Shown: positions 12,788 to 27,591, counted from the first letter of the stretch. The stretch is 64,000 nucleotides of DNA from Cercozoa sp. M6MM (GCA_040357565.1 JBDODJ010000035.1), one strand, 5' to 3'. Program-made: numbers and translations. Notes: generated by a model from the sequence alone, not told the origin.

Positions 12788-14859
12788 ATGAACCGCCTCG
12801 CGTCTCGCATGAGCGGACTGGTGCGTTTGCATTTTGTGCGGTGCGGATTTCGACTTGTGGATTTTCGTAGGCGCCGAGCGCCACGCTGCGCATCAACGAA
12901 GCAAGCAACGCCTTGTTGCAGCAAGGTCACGAGGTCGTGAAGTTCGGACTCGGCCAGTCGTATGTTGTGCTGCCTTCGGGTTGCTGCTGAGGCTGTCTGT
13001 ATGCCGTGAGCTATGCGCGCTTCGCGTATCGTGCTGCCATCCCTTGCACAGTCCGTTTCCTGTGCCGTCGCCCATGGTGGAGGCGCTGCGAAAGAACGCG
13101 GCGCAGAAGGACTACCTACCTGTCCGCGGTCTGCCGCAGCTGCGTGAGAGCATCGTGCAGCACCTGTCGCGTCATCACGGGGTGTCTGGTAAACTTGCTT
13201 CCTTGCTTTCTCCATTTGCGTGTCGTGTGACTGATGGCATGTGTATGTGTGTGTGTGTTTGTTTGTTTTTGTTTTTGTTTCAGGGCGCTCTTGGGAACAC
13301 ACGATCACAGGTCCTGGCTCCAAGGAACTGCTCTTCATGCTGCAATTGGTGCTGGACGCCGAGCTGCTGCTGCCGATGCCTTCGTGTAGTCTTTATCTTC
13401 TCTGTGTTTGCCTCTCTTTGTCTTCTGGAAGCTCGGGTGTTTTCAGGGGTGAGCTACTCACCACAAGCTGCACTGTGCGGCAACCCGGTGACGCCGCTGC
13501 CGGTGGAACTCACACCGGAGACTCTAGATGAGGTAGGACTTGGCCTCCTGCCTGTGACTATCATACCTTGCCACTCTAGGTACTGCAACAACCGAGCAAT
13601 CGATCGGTGCGTGTGCTGTTGCTAAACTCGCCCAATAATCCGAGTGGCACCACTCTGTGCACTGGTGTACATTGTGCTCTCTCGGTTCTTCTCTTGTCTG
13701 GTGTCCTCCATTCTCCAGTATCTACAGGAAGACGAAGAACAAGTGCTCAGACGGTTCGCCGAGGTTATTGAAAAGTACCCGGATGTCATTGTGGTACTTG
13801 TTTCTATTCACCTATAACACATTCGCTCGTTTACCTCCTCCTCCCTTCCCTCAGGTGAGTGACGAAATCTACGCACACACGCGCTTTGATGGTCGGCCGC
13901 ACCAGTCGCTGGCGCATTTTTGTCCCGAGCAGGTCGTCGTGCTCACCGGTGTTGCCAAGGTACAGTTTTGCAGCATGCCTTCCTTCCTTCCCTTTCTTGC
14001 TTCCTTCCCTTTCTTGCTTCCTTCCCTTCCTTACTTCCTTTCCTTCCTTCTGAGGTATGTGCATGCGTGTGCAGTGGGCAGGCGCAGGAGGATGGCGTCT
14101 CGGGTCGCTGAGTTTCCCAGCGGCCATGAGCGACGTCGTGGATGCCATGGCCATCGCTGCCAGTGAATCGTAGCATGTGCTAAACCGGGGGGGGGGTAAG
14201 GTTAAGTGGGTGATACTTCTCATGTGTAGATTCACGAGCGTGAGTGCACCGATCCAGAACGCGTGCATTCCGGGCTACGACATGGGTCCTGAGATGCAAG
14301 GTGTGCATATGTTTGTCCATATGGACGGTACCCGTGGACAAATATTTGTATGTGTGGCTACAGAGTACATTGAGCGAAGCAAGAAGGTGCTTGCCGTTGT
14401 TGCCAGTGGCACATGCCGCTACCTAGCCGAGCATGCTCCTGGTGCGTGCACTTTCGTTCCCCCATCACCCGTACCCCGGACCTCGTTAACCCCCTTCTCT
14501 CCGTAGTGCAAGTGGACGCCCCCAACGGCGGTTTCTACTGCATGCCGCGTATCGGCGATACTCCGTACCTCTCTGATTGCTTTACATTGGATATAGATAT
14601 ATAAATGTGTAAATATGTCTGTGTGTGCGTAGGTGGGCTCAAGGTGCTACAGAGTACTTTGCGTCCAAGGTGAGTTTTTCCTCAATGACTAATTCAGTGT
14701 AGGTTTTATCACCTCCTCTGCAAAAAGCAAGGCAATGACATGACGACCTTCCGCAGTACGGCACTCGTGGGCGACGCGTTCGCTCAGCACGCTATTGAGA
14801 AGGGTCACGTCGCCTTCTTGGTACACTGCTTTGGCATTCATACGCACGTGCGCACGTGC

Positions 14860-14891
<32 letters not shown>

Positions 14892-15239
14892 TATATAATG
14901 TTGTAGCCCGCAAGCTGCTTCATTTCAATCCTGGAGGACGTGGCGCGTCCCACCGGTGTCGAAAAGGACAGCACGCGTATGGGTATGGGCATGCGTCTCA
15001 GCTACGTTGACTTTGACGGTACCAAGGCACTCGAGGTTGCCGATCAGCTGCCTGCCCTGGGCGCACCCTTATCAGACGACTTGGTTGACTCCTGGCTGGA
15101 TCAGCACGGTACGTGCTACAACGTTGGACCCTGCAGAGGTGTCTAGATGGAGAATCTTATGGGTTGTTATGCAGCCCCCAAGATACGCAAGGGTGCCACC
15201 ACGATTTCGCGCCTGCTTGCGAGTGACTTCACCCAGTAA
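12788..15239 (+). CDS. PLP-dependent class I/II (aspartate-type) aminotransferase
   Basis: Exons encode PSATLRINE, VVKFGLGQSPFPVP, GPGSKELLF, PSWVSYSPQ, LNSPNNPSG, VSDEIY, TGVAKWAGAGGWRLG (PLP lysine), PNGGFY and MRLSYV. Confidence 0.9.
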
Positions 15240-15661
15240 CTTCGGGCGCGCAGGCAACCGAACTAGTCATAAGTTGTGATGTTACTGTACACTTTCAGTA
15301 GACATTGCTCTGACCCGTCCGCGTGGAGGTCATAATCCATGCTCAAACAAGTTTGAGACTGGAGAGAAGTTTAATAGTGTTTTGGCTTGATCTTGCCTGG
15401 ACAGAGTCACGGCTTCAGCCTGGCGGAGTTTTTGTTAAACCCATTAATACGACCAAGGACGTCTTCCTTCGGTCGAGATCCAGTGGGATCACCTCGAGAC
15501 CCAGTAGGGTCTCTCGTTTCCCCTACTGATTGGGCCATTGAGCCGCAGTAACAGTGACCTACCCCAGATTGTCACTCACGTCGCATATGCATGTTTGCAC
15601 GCGTACGTGCACGGCACCTACGTGCGCTGCCATATATACAGTTTAGTTCAAGAAGGTTGAC

Positions 15662-16800
15662 TCAGACGCCAACTGCGTAGCTTCTCCGGCGCCAGTGTTG
15701 GGGTGGGGTTTCAAGCGCATCCAACTTCCCTTTCGAGGGTCTCCAGGGCATCTTCTTGAAAGCTGTACCAATCTGTAGTAAACTAGCAGTAGCACAGATT
15801 ATTTATACAATCAAGCCGAGTTACTCACGACCCTTCCGGGCGTCTCATCTTCCAATGCAATAGAGCACAGCATTTGCCACTTAATTTACTGTCCAGATTC
15901 AGACTCCGGTTCAAAATTGTCAGACCACGAGCATGACAATGGTGCTAGTATATTCCGGCAATGTTTCGTATAGGCGGTCATCATGAGAACAAGGACAATG
16001 CAGACGAGGAAACACAGCAGCGCTAAACCTACAAACTTACAATTATGTAAAAGTAAGATTAATTCTAATCGAAAGGTGGGACGGAACGGGAAACTGCTTT
16101 AGCTTAAAGAAAGAACCTGTTTTGAGGGCAGAAACCAATGCACGATGATTGCGAGCAAACCTCGCAATTACGCCTCCGGCCCTCGTAGTACTTACTGAGA
16201 GTGTATCAAAATAAAACGTCAATTTACGGTACAGCGAGGTTGTATCAAACTACCGATATCTTTACTGTGACCGTTTTCTGGTGTGTACATTCTACGTACC
16301 ATCAAATGGAACGACAAAGTCTCCGTTGTCGGCAGCGATAGCCGCGAGATAGTCGGAATAGACTGCTTGTGCTGCGATGGCCAGTGTGCTGGGGTCTATC
16401 GACACTGATGTACGCGGAACCGAAGTGTCGTCCTCCGTCGTCAACTCGGTCGACGTCTCAGCCTGTACAGCATCTCCTCCTTCACTGACCACGTGTAGGT
16501 ACCGATCTGAAAACCGACAAAGTAATATCAAAAAGCCTGATCTTAATCAAAACTGAAAACCGGCGAAACAATGACAATTTCTTGGTAATTATTGATATCG
16601 ATACCTATTGCACAGGCATTCGTGTATTGCGCAAGCAGCAAGAGCGCTAGTTGAACTCGCATGGAGTGTCTAGCTGGAGCAAAGTGAACCTCATAACTTT
16701 TCTACAACAGCTCAACTATATCGTCCGTCTTCGGACATTTGCTGCACGGCATGGTACAGTATCGTCTGTCTACACGTATGGTTGCGAAAGATGCGCACGC
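15662..16800 (-). CDS. Hypothetical protein with one predicted transmembrane helix; start uncertain
   Basis: Exon-like frames DRYLHVVSEGGDAVQAETS... and GLALLCFLVCIVLVLMMTAY (hydrophobic) are bounded by AG/GT. Confidence 0.35.
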
Positions 16801-16912
16801 ATGGCCATCAAGGCTTAAAGTTACTTAGATCCAAGATCTGACTCTGCGTGTACGCGGACGGAGTTGCACTGCCAGCATTGCGCGCGGGGGGGGGGCACAA
16901 TTGAAGACAACC

Positions 16913-18881
16913 TTACGGCAGATTATACGGAGTGCGCCACTCGTTGAAGAACTTAAATTTGTGCGCAAGCCTGCAAAGAAAATCGACAGACCGAAATAGT
17001 AAGCAACCCGCCATTGAAATTAACCCAGAATGTGTATTGCCAATGTACAGCAGCGATCGAGCACGGTCATACACGGTGAAACCCACGGCATCTGTCATTT
17101 GCTGCTCAAGCAATGAAGCGAGTGCATTGTCGCTAAATCGGCTGACGTTGCCACCCTACGGTACGTGCGTTAATACGAGTGGACAGTGCACATAGTTTAA
17201 TTAATGATTCAAAATACAAGGTACCACAGTAAGGCCACTGGTGCCATTCAAGACCTCGACGTCTTCGCCGCGACACCAACCAGCACACGCGTCAGTGAAC
17301 TGAAAATACGAGTGTGCAGGTTTCGATTACAACACTGCATACGTGGCAAGGAGAGCCTACCAGAGCAACATCCGTCTGATCAACGATGCCGTCATCGAGT
17401 TTCACACCTAGATCAATCAGGCACAAATAACTTCCTGGCTAAGAGGAATGAGATGCAAGCACACCAGTGCACATGATGACAGGATGATGCACAAAATAAG
17501 ACGTCCGATGTGTCTCATTCAGTTGCATTAACCGTCGGTTCTTTTGACGCACATGAAGTAAACCGTTGATGTGGCTCACACAACGACACAAAGATCGTAT
17601 TGATACCTTTTTATTCGTGAAATCTTGGAATCGACAGCACAGAGCACGTCGCAAAAACACATCTGCGTTCACAGATTAGTGCTCTCAACACGTGCACACT
17701 GGAGGGGCTATCAATACCTCCGAACTTGCGTCCCACAGTGACAGTATCGATGTGCACTTGAATCACCTCACTCAACTGTCGCGCGCACTCACACAATTAA
17801 TAGTAAGGAAACAATCAATAATAAGACTTGCATTACCAGACGACCTTGCAATCCCAGACAATTCCACAAAGCAATCTACTTTCAAGCATTGCACGCGACA
17901 AATCCTTCGACAAAAAAGTGCCACACATACTAATACCTTGTCAGAGCAGCTGTGGATGCAGCCAGCTTCTAGAACGCACGGCAGCGGAATCGTTGAGGAG
18001 GGCACCTTCTCGTCAGTCGAATGGAAGTCAAAGTCGGCGTCCTTCTTGACGCTAAAAGCCACCTGGGCGGCGTCAGTCACCTGCAAGCGCGAGTGCGCTG
18101 TGGCAATCTCGGCAAACGTGCGGGTCGCCTTTATCTTCTTCGCCTTGGCGTACTTCTTTACAACGGAGTTCCCACAGGGTGCGCTGGCTAGACAACACGC
18201 AAGTAACGCACACACAAGCACACACACAAACACACACGCATACACATACACACACACACATCTGTGGCATCCAACTCTAGAGGACTCTACAGGCGTAGAA
18301 ATGAACAGTCACGTCTGGTCGTAAGGTGTACTTTCCGTTTTGTCGTACCAAGAAGCTGTTGTTGTCTTTATCTACATTCGAGGAATTGTTGATTAGTTTA
18401 GCAAGGGTACGGCGTCGAAGTGGAAGTAAACTGTACCAAACGAAGCCACCTGGTGCAACAGAAAGCGCTGGAAAGCGCGATATGCGAGGATTTCGGCGTG
18501 ACAGTCACAGACAAGGTTGGCCAAGTGCTCCATGTTTTTCTTCATATGCTTTATCGTTAGATACTCTACAACAAAAGCACACTTCAGGGCCTACTTCCAT
18601 AAAGGTCCGATCAGGTCAGGTACTTGTGCCAGAGCCGAGAGAGACAACATGCATGCCTTTTGCATCTTCAAACACCACGGCAGCCAGCATCTGTGTCAAA
18701 CAACCACAGTCCGGAGTACAGCTTAGAACGAAGTTCACACGGAAGGACTTACCTGTCTCTCGGTGCCGACATGATCGCACATGCCACTCAACCTGAACGC
18801 ATCAATCGCAGCTCGCGCGACGAGGTCCGCACGAGCGCATGATGACACGCGACTCTTCTCGGCGTGTCTAAGAGTAGACAT
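16913..18881 (-). CDS. Adenosine deaminase acting on RNA family (A_deamin domain only, ADAT1/Tad1-like architecture)
   Basis: Hand-spliced exons read ADLVARAAIDAF, MLAAVVF..VVSLGSGTK, DCHAEILAYRAFQRFLLHQ (about 18451-18566), HFYASSAPCGNS, HSCSDK and IALWNCLGLQGRLL. The Zn ligands and catalytic Glu are present. Confidence 0.9.
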
Positions 18882-18958
18882 ATTTCGTGAAGTGAGCATA
18901 AACAAGTGACGCGTTGCTCTAAGTTTCGTTCATCCTGTGTATCATCCACTGGATAGTT

Positions 18959-20052
18959 TCATCCATTCGGATTAGTGATCCGCATTGATCTGCTGCCGAG
19001 ATGGTAGCCAATGTACGATAAAACAATAGTTATTCTAGTAAAGTATTCAGTGGGCCGCTCGGAAACTGAACGCAGTTTTCGCGTATGCATTCTCGTCAGT
19101 GTCAGGTACCCGTGCTGCAAGATAAACTGAACGGCATCAAACACATGGCATCAAAACTGACGTGTGAACTGCATGGCCTGCTGCAAGCACATTTGTGCCT
19201 CGTGCAACTGGATACTGCTCGGGCAAGGACAATGAAACCAAACGAAGGAAGGACAACGAGAAAAACACACTTGGCCATGTCGATGCTTTGTGTCTCACGC
19301 CAAGACTGCGTTGGGAAGCCGTTTTGCTGCAAGGCGTGCTGCACCTGCATGCATGGAGGCACACATGTAGACTGCGCCTTTTGCATGCGTACATGTGTGT
19401 GCACAACCTACCTGCGTAAATTGCTGCTGAACTTGCACGATTTGCGCCTGCTCCTGTCGCATCTGTTCGCTGATGTTATGCGCTACCTCGGCGTGCGAGC
19501 CGCACGAAGGCGGCAAGTACGACGAGAACGAGAACGACGGCTCCGACGCGGCCAGGAACGAGTCGTCTGTCATGGCACCAAAGTGCGTGTTGGGCGACGG
19601 AGCTGCGGCTGACAGACGCGTGCTTGCTACGCAGGCAAGAAACTTTCGGTGTGGAACAGGCCAGGAACACGACAACAGATGAAGCGAAAAGGTACGCCTG
19701 CGAGGAGCGAGTGGCGAGCAAGACACCTGAAACGGGTCGCTACTGCCACCAAAGTTGGCGTTGTTGCCATTGCTGTTGGCATTGTTCATTGCGTTGTTGT
19801 TGCTGTTGTTGTTGTTGTTGTTGTGGCTGTTGGATTCGAGGAGTGGCGGCAATGGCGGGTGCATTTGCATCTGCCTTGGCATACTGGACATGTGCCTGTC
19901 ACTCGGAACATGCTGCTGCTGTTGCTGCTGTGCCGATGCGCGAGAGCGCGGTAAGGCAGTGCCACTGAAGGGATCAATATTCTCTGACTCATGACTGTGT
20001 GGTACATTGCTGCTCTGAAGTTGATGGAGGTGACTGCGAGGACGCGACATCC

Positions 20053-20086
<34 letters not shown>

Positions 20087-20957
20087 TCGCTGCTGCTGCT
20101 GTCGCTGTTGTTGTTGTCGTTGTAGAAGTTGTTTCTGCTGGTGTTGTTGCTGGTGTTGGTATTGCTGTTGGTGTAGTTGTTGATGTTGTTGCTGTTGTCG
20201 CTGTGGCTGCGAAGTGCGCGAGGCGGCGGCAACGAACGTCACCGAGGCACGACGGCCATTCTCAAGTGCTTTCACGCCTGCACACGCGACACACATGCTT
20301 TGCAGACACGCATGCAATCTCTTTAACTACCGTGTTTCGTATCAGCCAATCGCAGGAGTGCCTGCAGACCGCGAACGATTTTGCGCCATGGTTTCTTTTT
20401 GCTCGCGATCCTGCACGGCAAACCAGTTTTGACTGTGTTGTGCTTAAAGGTGCAGTGCACATCAGACACTTACTCCTTGGGTGCCACGTAGTGATGTGCC
20501 AAATCGAGCAGTCCGAGACAGCGCTTAATGCGAGACATTGTCTGCGTCGTGCACTGCGCCGTGTTGTACTCTACGAAGCAGCCAGAACATTGTGTACCCT
20601 TAGAACTGCTCACTCACTCATTAAAGTACCGGCGAACGAAAATGACGGATCGACCACCTGAAATACAGATACGAGCACACACAAGCTGGTGTACTGGAGA
20701 AGGAGGTACCTCGATGAGAAACGCATAACACTGCTGCAAGTGTGCAGCACGCATCTCGCCCATGCGCATCGTGGGAATGCGCAGGCCGAGCTTCTACAAG
20801 GACCAGACAGTATCGTTGTGTCGGCGCAGAGGCTGAAACATGCGTGAGTTGATTGTACCTGGATTCCTTGTAAGGCCTCTTGCCACACTTCCTGCCCAGC
20901 CACGAAACTATGGCAACTGATAATCAAAGAAAGAGAAAAACACACCTGCAGCGCCAT
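18959..20957 (-). CDS. Hypothetical protein: small helical N-terminal domain, polyQ/polyN low-complexity middle, coiled-coil C-terminus
   Basis: Spliced start MALQEVWQEALQGIQKLGLRIP.... A long exon at about 19730-20280 carries Q and N runs, followed by EQMRQEQAQIVQVQQQFTQ. Confidence 0.55.
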
Positions 20958-21180
20958 TTTTCGTCTGTTGCAAGCGACAGGCGATCTGCACAAAAGCGCT
21001 TGCTAGCGTTTCACAGTAAAATGCACACGACTCGAGTGTGTGGTTGGTCCTAAGACAGGCGTGTGCTAAAATTCGTTAAGGACGCATATTCAGCCAATAG
21101 AGATTGCGCAGACGCGGCGTATGTCATTGTGACGGGCGCGATTGGCTTTAGGATTCTCTAGATACGCCAACAAGCACACA

Positions 21181-22890
<1,710 letters not shown>

Positions 22891-24180
22891 CGTCAGTTAG
22901 TTACGAAACTTGTCGTCAGATAATTTAACAAATGTATCGTACACTGGCAGCTTCACGGCAGGTGTTTCTAGTCAAAAATTTGAGTCACTCTACGATTGCT
23001 TCAAACCCACGTCAGTAAGCGCCTCTGCTGTCGGTGGTTCCGTTCCCCAGTCTGTATGGCCTGTGGAGGGCTCCTGTTTTTCTCGTCCAACACCGATCGT
23101 TCCTCCAGCAGCAGCCAGAATTTGCAGTGCTCTTTTTGGAAGTGAGTCAATCAAAAGACGTCTACGACGTGAAGTCCGGCACAACATAGAGCAAGTCGCA
23201 TGTTGGGTGGCCAACAAACAATCCCCTTGTCCAAGGGGGAGCTACAGCTACACTGAAGCCCGCTGGACTGCAGTGTTGCACCACATGCACCGTATTGGCA
23301 GTGCAGTCATTTTTCGCTCTCGAGATCACCAGGACCGTTTAGCATCAATCCGCCAACGCAGCACCGGCCAACACGGTGTGACGCCGTCGATCGAGCTGCT
23401 GCACCTTCACAGAGAAGCAGTAAAGTCAACAGAAAGGTGCTTCTTGAACCCTAATGCAAGGTCAACGGCGACCACAATTAGATGATGTCAACGATCGCCG
23501 GATCAGAGGTGTGAGTCACGAGCTCTCACGGGCAACCTGCTTCGCCGTTTGTTTGACTTGCTTTGCGCGCGCCGTGGCTTGACTGTGCACTGGTGCGTTC
23601 TCTCGCTCTTCGCTGCGGCAGCTGCGCGGTGCTCGCCAGTCGCTGTTGTTTGTGATGCTGTTGTTTTTTCTTGTGTTTGCTTTCCGATCGCCCAGTTGCT
23701 GCTCCGTTTCCCTGGTATCGATTGTTGCCCGTGCTTAAACAACAACAAAGGAAACTTTGTGCGTTAGACCTAGTTGTGATGGTTGATGGTGCGCTTTTGT
23801 GGGCGGATCAACCAAAGTCATCATCCGGTCATCGGTTGACTTAAGGCACCTTTTTGTCATCTTTTTTTTTAAACCGGTGTGTATGGTCTAACAAGTTTCA
23901 ATCGTAGTGCGTGCTTTGTTTCCTGAGGCTGGAGGCGTCCGATCATTTTTTATTCTTTTGCTATTCCGGAGCGCTGGATTGCGCCCACAAAACAGAAACC
24001 CTCTGCAATTTGCCTCCCGAGCACCATTGTCCCGAATATTATTGATTCACACGGCTGTGTGTTGGTAGGGCACACTGGCCGTCACGTGGCAAATAGGGAA
24101 GCACTGGAACCTTTGTGCTGAAGCCAGGTCTGGCGCCTTCTCGATTTAACAGGAGAACCCCACAAACCCGGATTATTGTG

Positions 24181-26344
24181 ATGTCTAAGCGTCTCAAGAA
24201 GTTCTTTGCCGCCAAGGCGGGTGCGTTTTTTCTTGGGTCCAGTGTGTGTGTGTGTGTGTTTTTTTTTGTTTTTGTTTTAAGATGCGTCTTGTTGTTTCCT
24301 TTGTTTAGCTGGCACCAAATTTGGCCGCAACCAGATGGAGGCTCACCTGGGCGAGTTCGAAGAGCGTCTGCTCAATGCTGTACCGTTTTACTTGGGCACG
24401 TGTTTGCTCGGTCCCAATTTTTACCATTTGGGGTGGTGGCTTGTGCAGTTCTGCGAGTTCGTCGAGCACATGGACGGCAAGGATATGGCAGAGAAGCTGA
24501 AGAAGTACCTGTTCAAGCTCGCGGCCAAGATTGGCGTGTTTGTCGACGGCGGTGACATCTCGCCGCAGCAGCTAGACGTGCTGGCGCCGGCACTGCAGAC
24601 CATCGCGACCGAGATCACCAAGAAGGAGATCGACGTCGTTGCTGTCATGGGCGCCCTCGGCGAGGTGTGCTTGTTTCTGCGGGGATGTGTCTCGTGTCAC
24701 ACATACATACATACACACACACATCCATGTGCAAAGGTCAAGACGGCACTGCGCTCGATGCTCGAGCCGCTGGTGACAGGCAAGTCGTGCGAGCGTCTCG
24801 ATGAGATCTACGCCTACGTGGCCAGCGCTCAGCGCATCTCGGCACTCAGTTTCGGCACCGAGCAGACGCAGAAGGCCATCGAGGTCAAGCAGGTATGTTC
24901 TCTTGTACACACACCTGGGCGGTGGCCATTGCAGTGCTGATGTTACCCCTTGTTGTGTGCGTGTACCACAGGTGCTCGTGTCGGTGCTGTCGGGCCTCAA
25001 GGTCAAGCCGAACTTTGCCTCGCAGTACGTCGAGACCAAGAAGGCGCGCGCGCGCAGCAAGCAGCTCGACGACCAGATCGAGGCCGACATGTACCGCGAG
25101 GCACTCAACTTCAAGGTGCGTTATCCTACCCGCTGTGTGCCAATGTTTTTATGTGTTTATCCCCTCGTGCAGGTGCTGCTGCTGGGCGCCGGCGAGTCAG
25201 GCAAGTCGACGGTGATGTCGCAGCTGCGTAACATCCACAAGGTGAAGGAGGCGCTGAGTCCCGACGAGGTCGCCTTCTACGTCGACGTGCTGCACAACAA
25301 CACGATCGAGTCGATGCACTGCATCCTGGAGCACTTCATCACGATGAATGAGGAGGTGCTCGACGCCATCGATGTCGACGTAGCCTAGCTCCTTCCCTCC
25401 CCCTCCCCTGCACCTTTGACGGCACTTGCCTTGACACTGTCACCTTTCTGCTTGGGTGCAGGTGACGCCGGCCGACATGGAGTGCTCTCTTCAGGACGAG
25501 ACGTCGCGCGACTACGCATGCCGCATCATGTGTCTCAAGAAGATCAATCACACGCTGTCGCAGGAGGAGGCCGACATGATCTACCACCTGTCGCAGGACG
25601 CCGAGATCCAGAGCGCCATCCGCCACCAGACGTTCTACATCCCGGACTCGGCCGAGTACTACTTCGCCAACGTGCGTCGCTTCGTGTCGGCCGACTTCTC
25701 TCCGAGCGACGAGGACGTCACCATGGCCAGAATACGGACCACGGTACCCATTGCCCCTCCCTTCCCTTGTTACTGTGATGTGATTCGGTTGGACAGGGCG
25801 TGCGCACGGCCAAGCTGGAGATTCCGCCGGTGCAGTACTCGTTCGTGGACGTGGGTGGTCAGCGTACCGAGCGTAAGAAGTGGATCAACTTCTTCGACAA
25901 CGTGTCGGCCATCTTCTTTGTCGTCAACCTCTCGGGCTACAACAAGATCACGTTCGAGGACAAGACGCAGAATCGCATGCACGAGTCGCTCGAGTTGTTC
26001 GCCAAGACGGCGTCGCTCGAGGTGTTCGAGAACACGCCGATCTTTTTGTTCCTCAACAAGAAGGACCTGTTCCGCGGCATGATCGAGCACAAGAACATCG
26101 ACGGCTGCTTCCCGGACTACAAGGGTCCGGCCGACTACGAGTCCTGCATCGAGCACATCCAGCAGGCCTTCTCCGATGCCATGCCGGCCGGCCGAGAGGT
26201 GCGCCACCACTTTGTCGTGGCGGCGTGCTACAAGGCCGACGTCAAGAACGCCTTCATGGAGGCTATCAAGATGCTCAAGCACGACAACCAGGACGGTGCG
26301 TTGCCTGCTGTGTTTCTCTTGTGTGTGTGTGTATGTGTGTATGT

Positions 26345-26397
<53 letters not shown>

Positions 26398-26464
26398 GAC
26401 ACTGTGCCGTGTGTGAGCAGTGATCCGAGAAGCTGTCAAGAAGCTTGAAGCCGTGGAGGCTTAA
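24181..26464 (+). CDS. Heterotrimeric G-protein alpha subunit with an N-terminal TNFAIP8/TIPE-like domain (9 exons)
   Basis: G1 LLLGAGESGKST, switch I ARIRTTG, G3 DVGGQRTERKKW and G4 FLNKKD are present. About 175 aa of helical N-terminal extension are joined in frame through GT-AG introns. Stop TAA at 26462-26464. Confidence 0.92.
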
Positions 26465-26727
26465 GCGTCGCTGCGGCGACCTCTCTTCTCGCGCCGCGCC
26501 CGTGCGGCCCTATGTTTGCTCGTTTTGCTTCCTGACACCGCTCTTGCTCCTTCTTCTCCTCGCACGCGTCTCTTTGATACGGGAATGCCACGTGTCGCGC
26601 GCTGAAACAACTACACGAGCACACCATTGACACCCACACACGCACATATTCACACACTCACATCGCCTTCTCACTTATACATGAGATTACCCCCGCCGTC
26701 ATAGACACTCACATTCGCACATTTTCA

Positions 26728-26776
<49 letters not shown>

Positions 26777-26786
26777 NNNNNNNNNN

Positions 26787-26837
<51 letters not shown>

Positions 26838-27591
26838 ACATCATTCACACACACATGCTCGACTTTTGTTTCCCTCATTCTACGCGCGGCTCCGCTTGCC
26901 TGCCTTGGCTTTGCCGCACCATTGAGATCCGCTTGCACACACCTCTTTTATTTACTGTACTATGCTACGCGGGATGACCTCGATGTAAACCGGTGCGTCA
27001 GAGTCATGATCGATGGACCGTTTTTTGTTAGTTGCCTTGTCCACTGGTAGTAAAAGTACCCCGAGTCGGCTGTTTCGTCGAGATTGTGATGTGCTTGAAC
27101 GGCCCTCCAGTAAGCTGCACTGTATCCAAAAGCTTCTCATCTGTTGTCGAAACAATACAGTATTGTGTACGGTCGGGTAATCCCAGTAGCAGGTCGAACT
27201 GGGAGTCTGAGTCATACGAATAATACAACGCAGGTTATACACCGCATACTAAATACTGCCGGTCCCGCAGCAGCGTCAGAGAAAAGACACCAAGAAATTG
27301 ACAGTCCGCTGTCGTTCGGACTTTTGACCGAGAAAGTGTAAGACACTGGGACTCAACAGGTTTCAAGACGCTCCCGGGCAGGCGTAAAACGAATCTTTAT
27401 TGATCTGACTGTCCGCTTGGGACGACCCGACGCACGCCTGGTGCTACCATCAAGTGTCTCAGTCTCAGATTTCCCAAAGTGTACGCATCTAGCCACAATT
27501 TTGTTTTTCTGGGTGAGTTTCTACGGGAGTGCTTCTTCTTTTTCCGTTCCTGGCGGCAGCGAACGAGTTCAGGCGAACGTGAGAGCAGAAG

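Noticed and set aside
22910-23770. ORFs between KAE1 and the G-alpha gene
   Set aside because: I could not build a consistent spliced model or recognise a motif. A small gene is possible but unsupported.
26950-27345. Short ORFs upstream of the bHLH gene
   Set aside because: No recognisable motif or coherent exon structure.
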